Positions 34,878 to 39,057 of a stretch of DNA of 39,057 bases are shown here, piece by piece (position 1 is the first letter of the stretch; every line of letters starts with the position of its first letter). The notes beneath the pieces are model-generated. The model did not search any database, was not told the origin of the DNA, and saw only the letters and a list, made by a program, of their open reading frames with translations. Made by a program: the position numbers and the translations under genes. Source of the DNA: Polyangia bacterium. Its GTDB lineage: Bacteria; Myxococcota_A; Polyangia; Fen-1088. The stretch spans positions 1-39,057 of the forward strand of contig JBDSME010000642.1 of the NCBI GenBank assembly GCA_039916065.1, read 5' to 3'.

Positions 34878-37175
34878 ATGAGCGGCGCAAGAACCTGGAA
34901 GGAAGAACTGGGCCCGGAAATCCCCGAGGCCTGGGGGCGGGAGATCGACATCTTCGAGACGCAGATCGAGCTGCGCAAGAAGGGGAAGATAGAGGAAAAA
35001 TTGTTCGCGGAGACCCGCCTGCGGCGCGGGGCCTACGGACAGCGCTACGACAACGGCCAGCGGCACGACGGTCAAACCACCCAGACTCTGGTCTACCCGT
35101 CGGCGGAAAACACCAAGGGCCCCATGACCCTGTGGGACGCGCCCGGCATGCATCGGATCAAGATTCCGTTCGGCGCGCTCACCGCCGATCAGCTCGATGT
35201 GCTGTCCGAGCTGGCCGAAGAATATTCGGACCGCATCCTGCACGTCACCACCCGGCAGGACATCCAGCTTCACTTCGTTCACATCGACGACACGCCTGAC
35301 CTGATGCGCCGCCTGGCCGCCACTGGCATCACCACCCGCGAAGCGTGCGGCAACACCGTCCGCAACGTCACCGCCTGCCCCATGGCCGGCGTTTGCCAGA
35401 CCCAGGCCTTCGACGTCACTCCCTACGCCAACGCCATCACGTTCTTCTTGCTGGGGCACGACGACACCCAGAACTTCGGCCGTAAGTTCAAGGTCGCCTT
35501 TTCGGGATGCAAGGACAACCCCTGCGGCCTGACCAACTTCCATGACATGGGGCTGATCGCCCGCACCCGCGTGGAAAACGGCGAGGTTCGACGCGGTTTC
35601 GAACTGTACGTGGGCGGCGGCCTGGGCGCCGTGCCGCAGAACGCGCAGCTCTTTGATGACTTCCTCCGCGAGGAGGAGATGTTGCCAATCGCGCAGGCGA
35701 TGAGCCGGGTGTTCGCGCGGCTCGGCGAGAAGACCAACCGCGCCAAGGCCCGCCTGAAGTTCCTGGTGAAGAAGCTGGGGCTGGAGGAGTTCAAGCGCCT
35801 GGTGCTGGAGGAGCGCGCGGCGTTGCGGCCCGATCCCCGCTGGACCGCCTTTCTCACCAACCTGCACGTCACCGACGAGGAGCCGGTGCGCCGCCCTGGC
35901 AAGCTGCCGCCCGGTCCCTACCCCGACGGTTTCGAACGCTGGCGGGCGAGCAACGTGATCCCGCAGCGACAGGCCGGCTACGTGATGGCGGTGCTGACGC
36001 TGCCGCTCGGCGATCTCACGTCGGATCAGGGGCGAGCGCTGGCGGAGATCGCCCGGCGCTTCAGCGGTGATGCCATCCGCACCACCGCCGATCAGAACAT
36101 GATGCTGCGCTGGGTGAGCGAAGCCGATCTGCCCGCCCTGTACACGGCGTTGCGCGGGGCTGCCCTGGCGAGCGCGGGCGCCGGCACCATCACCGACATC
36201 ACCGCTTGCCCCGGCACCGACACCTGCAAGCTGGGGATCTCATCGTCCCGGGCCCTGGCGGCGGAGCTGGGACGGCAGCTGGTGGACACCGGACTCGGTG
36301 ACGATCCCCAGGCGCGCGGTCTGCACATCAAGGCCAGCGGCTGCTTCAACGCCTGCGGCCAGCACCACGTCGCCGACATCGGCTTCCTCGGTGTCAGCCG
36401 CAACGTCAACGGACGGCGCGTCCCGCATTTCCAGCTGGTGGTGGGCGGTCAGTGGACCAACAACGGCGGTTCTTACGGGCTGGCGATCGGGGCCGTCCCC
36501 TCCAAGCGCGTTCCCGAGGTGGTGAAGCGGCTGACGGCGCGTTATTCCGCCGAAAAGCAAGACGGGGAGGGTTTCTCCGCGTTCGTGAACCGCATCGGCA
36601 AGAAGTCCATCCGTGCCCTGGTCGAGGAGATGCAGGTGCTGCCCAGCTATGATCAGGACCGGAGCTTCTATTCGGACTGGGGCGATCCGCGCGAGTACAC
36701 CATAGACGACATGGGCGTGGGCGAATGCGCCGGCGAGGTGGTCCCCATCGTGGAGATGGGCCTGGCGGCCAGCGAGCGCGAGATTTTCGAGGCGCAGATT
36801 CTGGTGGATGAGGGAAATCCCAGCGGGGCGGTGAAGCGTGCTTACAGCGCCATGCTGGAGGCAGCCCGGTCGCTCACCCGTGAGAAAAGTCCCAATCTGA
36901 GCAGCGATCCGGACGAGGTGGTCGCTGAGTTTCGCAAGCACTTCTACGATACCCAGCTCTTCTTCGACCCCTATGCCGGGGGCAAGTTCGCCCAGTATTT
37001 CTTCCGGGTTCACGAGGAGCACCAGAACGCCCAGACTCCGGAGGCGGTACATCAGCTCATCGAGGAGGCCACGCTGTTCGTGGACGCCGCCCACCAGTGC
37101 TACGCCCGTCTGGGCAGCGCGCTGGGCGCCCCCGCGGTGAGCCCCCTCGCCGCAGCCAGCCCGCCCTCCCCCTAG
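34878..37175 (+). CDS. Sulfite/nitrite reductase haemoprotein (sirohaem-[4Fe-4S], ferredoxin-dependent type) with a C-terminal helical extension of about 200 aa
   Basis: Duplicated NiR/SiR half-domains. The Cys cluster is ITACPGTDTC…SGCFNACGQHH. I prefer the start MSGARTWKEEL… at 34878; the track ORF begins at 34827. Confidence 0.85.
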   Translation: MSGARTWKEELGPEIPEAWGREIDIFETQIELRKKGKIEEKLFAETRLRRGAYGQRYDNGQRHDGQTTQTLVYPSAENTKGPMTLWDAPGMHRIKIPFGALTADQLDVLSELAEEYSDRILHVTTRQDIQLHFVHIDDTPDLMRRLAATGITTREACGNTVRNVTACPMAGVCQTQAFDVTPYANAITFFLLGHDDTQNFGRKFKVAFSGCKDNPCGLTNFHDMGLIARTRVENGEVRRGFELYVGGGLGAVPQNAQLFDDFLREEEMLPIAQAMSRVFARLGEKTNRAKARLKFLVKKLGLEEFKRLVLEERAALRPDPRWTAFLTNLHVTDEEPVRRPGKLPPGPYPDGFERWRASNVIPQRQAGYVMAVLTLPLGDLTSDQGRALAEIARRFSGDAIRTTADQNMMLRWVSEADLPALYTALRGAALASAGAGTITDITACPGTDTCKLGISSSRALAAELGRQLVDTGLGDDPQARGLHIKASGCFNACGQHHVADIGFLGVSRNVNGRRVPHFQLVVGGQWTNNGGSYGLAIGAVPSKRVPEVVKRLTARYSAEKQDGEGFSAFVNRIGKKSIRALVEEMQVLPSYDQDRSFYSDWGDPREYTIDDMGVGECAGEVVPIVEMGLAASEREIFEAQILVDEGNPSGAVKRAYSAMLEAARSLTREKSPNLSSDPDEVVAEFRKHFYDTQLFFDPYAGGKFAQYFFRVHEEHQNAQTPEAVHQLIEEATLFVDAAHQCYARLGSALGAPAVSPLAAASPPSP

Positions 37176-37193
37176 CGACTGAGCGACCAACGC

Positions 37194-37808
37194 ATGCAAG
37201 CATATAAACTCCAGGTCAAGATCTTCGCGGTCCCCTCGACTGGCCCGACGCCGTCGCTGGAAACGTTCATCCCGGTGCTCCACCGCTGGATCAAGGATCA
37301 CGTGCTGCGAGAGCTGATGATCGACGTGGCGAACTACGCCCATGTCCCCGATGGCCCGGGCGTGGTGTTGATCGGGCATGGCAGCGACACCTTCATCGAC
37401 GAGACAGGGGGGCGCCGCGGCGTGATGCACAGCCGCAAGCGGGAGGCGCCCGCGCCCGAGGAACGGCTGGGCGATGCCTTCCGCCGTGCCCTGCACGCGG
37501 CGATGCTCCTGGAGACGGAGCCCGCCCTGGCCGGGACGGTGCGGTTTTCGCCGAACGAGTTCCTGTTCCGCATCAACGATCGCTTGCTGGCGCCCAACAC
37601 CGACCAGACCTTCGCGGCGATGAAGGCAGAGCTCGACACGCTGGCGGCCCGTATGTTTGAAGGTCCTTACGAGTTGGGGCGGGTGGGCGATGCCAAGAGC
37701 CTGTTCAGCGTGAAGCTTGTTTCGCCGGCCCCCAGCACGCTGGCAACGCTACTCAGCCGCCTGGGCGGTCCGCCCGCGGCGTCGCAGGCGGCGCCCGTCC
37801 CCAAGTAG
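37194..37808 (+). CDS. Hypothetical protein, 204 aa, 18 nt downstream of the sulfite reductase gene
   Basis: Clean ORF with high GC3. I recognise no signature. Confidence 0.55.
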   Translation: MQAYKLQVKIFAVPSTGPTPSLETFIPVLHRWIKDHVLRELMIDVANYAHVPDGPGVVLIGHGSDTFIDETGGRRGVMHSRKREAPAPEERLGDAFRRALHAAMLLETEPALAGTVRFSPNEFLFRINDRLLAPNTDQTFAAMKAELDTLAARMFEGPYELGRVGDAKSLFSVKLVSPAPSTLATLLSRLGGPPAASQAAPVPK

Positions 37809-37816
37809 TGTTGAGG

Positions 37817-38245
37817 TCAGTTTAGAACGCTGCCGTCCTCGTCTTCCGACTGGACGATCTGCAGCGTGTCCGCCGCGATGGGCGCGGCCTGGTGGTGTGC
37901 CAGCTTCCAGCCCCCCTGCTCCCGCACGAACACGTTGGTGGCGATGAGAACGTCATCGGCGACCTGCTCCTCGCAGACCACGAACGCCGACTCGCCCAGC
38001 ACGTGGACCGAGGCGTTGCCGCACGTCACATCGGGGGAGTTTTCACTGCCCAAGATGGAACGCCAGCTCGCGATCACCAGGTCACGCCCGCGCAGCACGT
38101 TCCACCCCGGATGAATACACGCCACCGCCACCCCCCGCGCCCACAAAGACTCCATACCCGGCATGTCCCGGGACGCGAATGCCTTGTAGAAAGCCTGGTT
38201 CGCGGCCAGAACATCCCGGGCGACTCCGCGCGCGCGTTCCGTCAT
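37817..38245 (-). CDS. SnoaL-like / NTF2-fold (DUF4440-like) protein
   Basis: …ANQAFYKAFASRDMPGMESLWA…ACIHPGWNVLRGRDLVIASW…NVFVREQGGWKLAHHQA is typical of the NTF2-like family. Confidence 0.7.
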   Translation of the reverse strand: MTERARGVARDVLAANQAFYKAFASRDMPGMESLWARGVAVACIHPGWNVLRGRDLVIASWRSILGSENSPDVTCGNASVHVLGESAFVVCEEQVADDVLIATNVFVREQGGWKLAHHQAAPIAADTLQIVQSEDEDGSVLN

Positions 38246-38302
38246 TCGCTCTCCTCCTATCCCTTCGCCTTCATCTTAACATTTCGCGATAACCTTGCCT
38301 GA

Positions 38303-38995
38303 ATGGACTCCTCGGCCCCGACCATCACCATCACTCCTTCGGGACGCCTCGACCTCCCCGTTTCCCACGGCCGCCTGGAAGCCCTGCTGAAGGAGCCCGC
38401 CAGCCGGACGCCGCGTCGCGCCGCCGTGGTCTGCCACCCCCACCCCAAAGGGGGTGGCACCATGAACAACAACGTGGTCTACCGAATGGCCAAGGCGCTG
38501 GAGGAGAGTGGCGCGGCCGTGCTTCGCTTCAACTTCCGCGGCGTGGGGCGTTCCACCGGTGAATACGGGGAGGGCGTCTCGGAGGCGGAGGATGCGCGCA
38601 CCGCCGTGGACTTCATGGCGGCACGGTACCCCACCCTGCCGCTGTGGATGGCCGGCTTCTCTTTCGGGGCGCGGGTGGGAATGGGCGTGGGCATCGAGGA
38701 CCCGCGCGTCTCCAAATTGCTCGGTGTGGGCCTGGCCGTGCGCATGTTCGACCTCGGCTACCTGCACCGCCCGCGCGGCGGAAAGCCGTTCGCCATCATC
38801 CAGGCCACCAACGACGAATACGGCGACCAGCGCGACATCGAACCCTTCGTGGAACAGATCCCTGAACCGCGGCGCCTCTGGCTGGTCGACGATGCCACCC
38901 ACCTGTTCCCCGAACGCCTCGACCCGCTGGAGGCCACCCTGAACGAAGCCATCCAGTGGCTCGACACCTTCCCCGAACCGACCGCCCCGCCCTGA
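38303..38995 (+). CDS. Alpha/beta hydrolase (COG2945-like)
   Basis: …AAVVCHPHPKGGGTMNNNVV…LRFNFRGVGRSTGEY…LWMAGFSFGA (nucleophile elbow GFSFG)…ATNDEYG…. Confidence 0.75.
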   Translation: MDSSAPTITITPSGRLDLPVSHGRLEALLKEPASRTPRRAAVVCHPHPKGGGTMNNNVVYRMAKALEESGAAVLRFNFRGVGRSTGEYGEGVSEAEDARTAVDFMAARYPTLPLWMAGFSFGARVGMGVGIEDPRVSKLLGVGLAVRMFDLGYLHRPRGGKPFAIIQATNDEYGDQRDIEPFVEQIPEPRRLWLVDDATHLFPERLDPLEATLNEAIQWLDTFPEPTAPP

Positions 38996-39057
38996 CCGCT
39001 CGCCGAACTATCTTCGATCGGTCGGCGAGGAGCCGTTCACGAACAGGCGTCCACCAC

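Overview
High-GC bacterial chromosomal segment. MYXO-CTERM-like tails, Gly/Ser/Thr-rich linkers and a DUF1592/DUF1552 gene pair suggest a Myxococcota-like host; this is inference. The core, about 6.9-22.6 kb and entirely on the minus strand, is a flagellar cluster in spirochaete/Firmicute-type order: flgB-flgC-fliE-fliF-fliG-fliH-fliI-(YlxF/MotE-like MgtE_N protein)-fliK-flgD-flgE, a 315-nt gap, then flbD-motA-motB. A near-consensus sigma54 (-24/-12) promoter sits just upstream of flgB. fliK is open for 1480 codons and carries an in-frame copy of a structured ~150-bp repeat element that also occurs intergenically at 565-718. Upstream of flgB (22.7-29.0 kb) is the region I consider most interesting. 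It holds two sigma54 enhancer-binding proteins without any sensory domain. They flank an unassignable 633-aa exported protein that is translationally coupled to one of them. A MinD/FleN-like ATPase fused to a PilZ domain is transcribed divergently, and 12-bp near-palindromic tandem repeats and further -24/-12 candidates lie in the spacers. Flanking genes are: a partial SGNH hydrolase; a 1296-codon ORF that fuses a PKD/beta-propeller/di-haem peroxidase protein, through an internal MYXO-CTERM-like segment, to a second CxxCH module; an LVIVD-repeat exported protein; a lipoprotein plus MYXO-CTERM protein pair; a DUF1592-family/DUF1552 pair; a sulfite/nitrite reductase haemoprotein; a small hypothetical; a SnoaL/NTF2-like protein; and an alpha/beta hydrolase. 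I found no rRNA, tRNA, CRISPR array or transposase. Many long ORFs in the track are antisense shadows typical of high-GC DNA.
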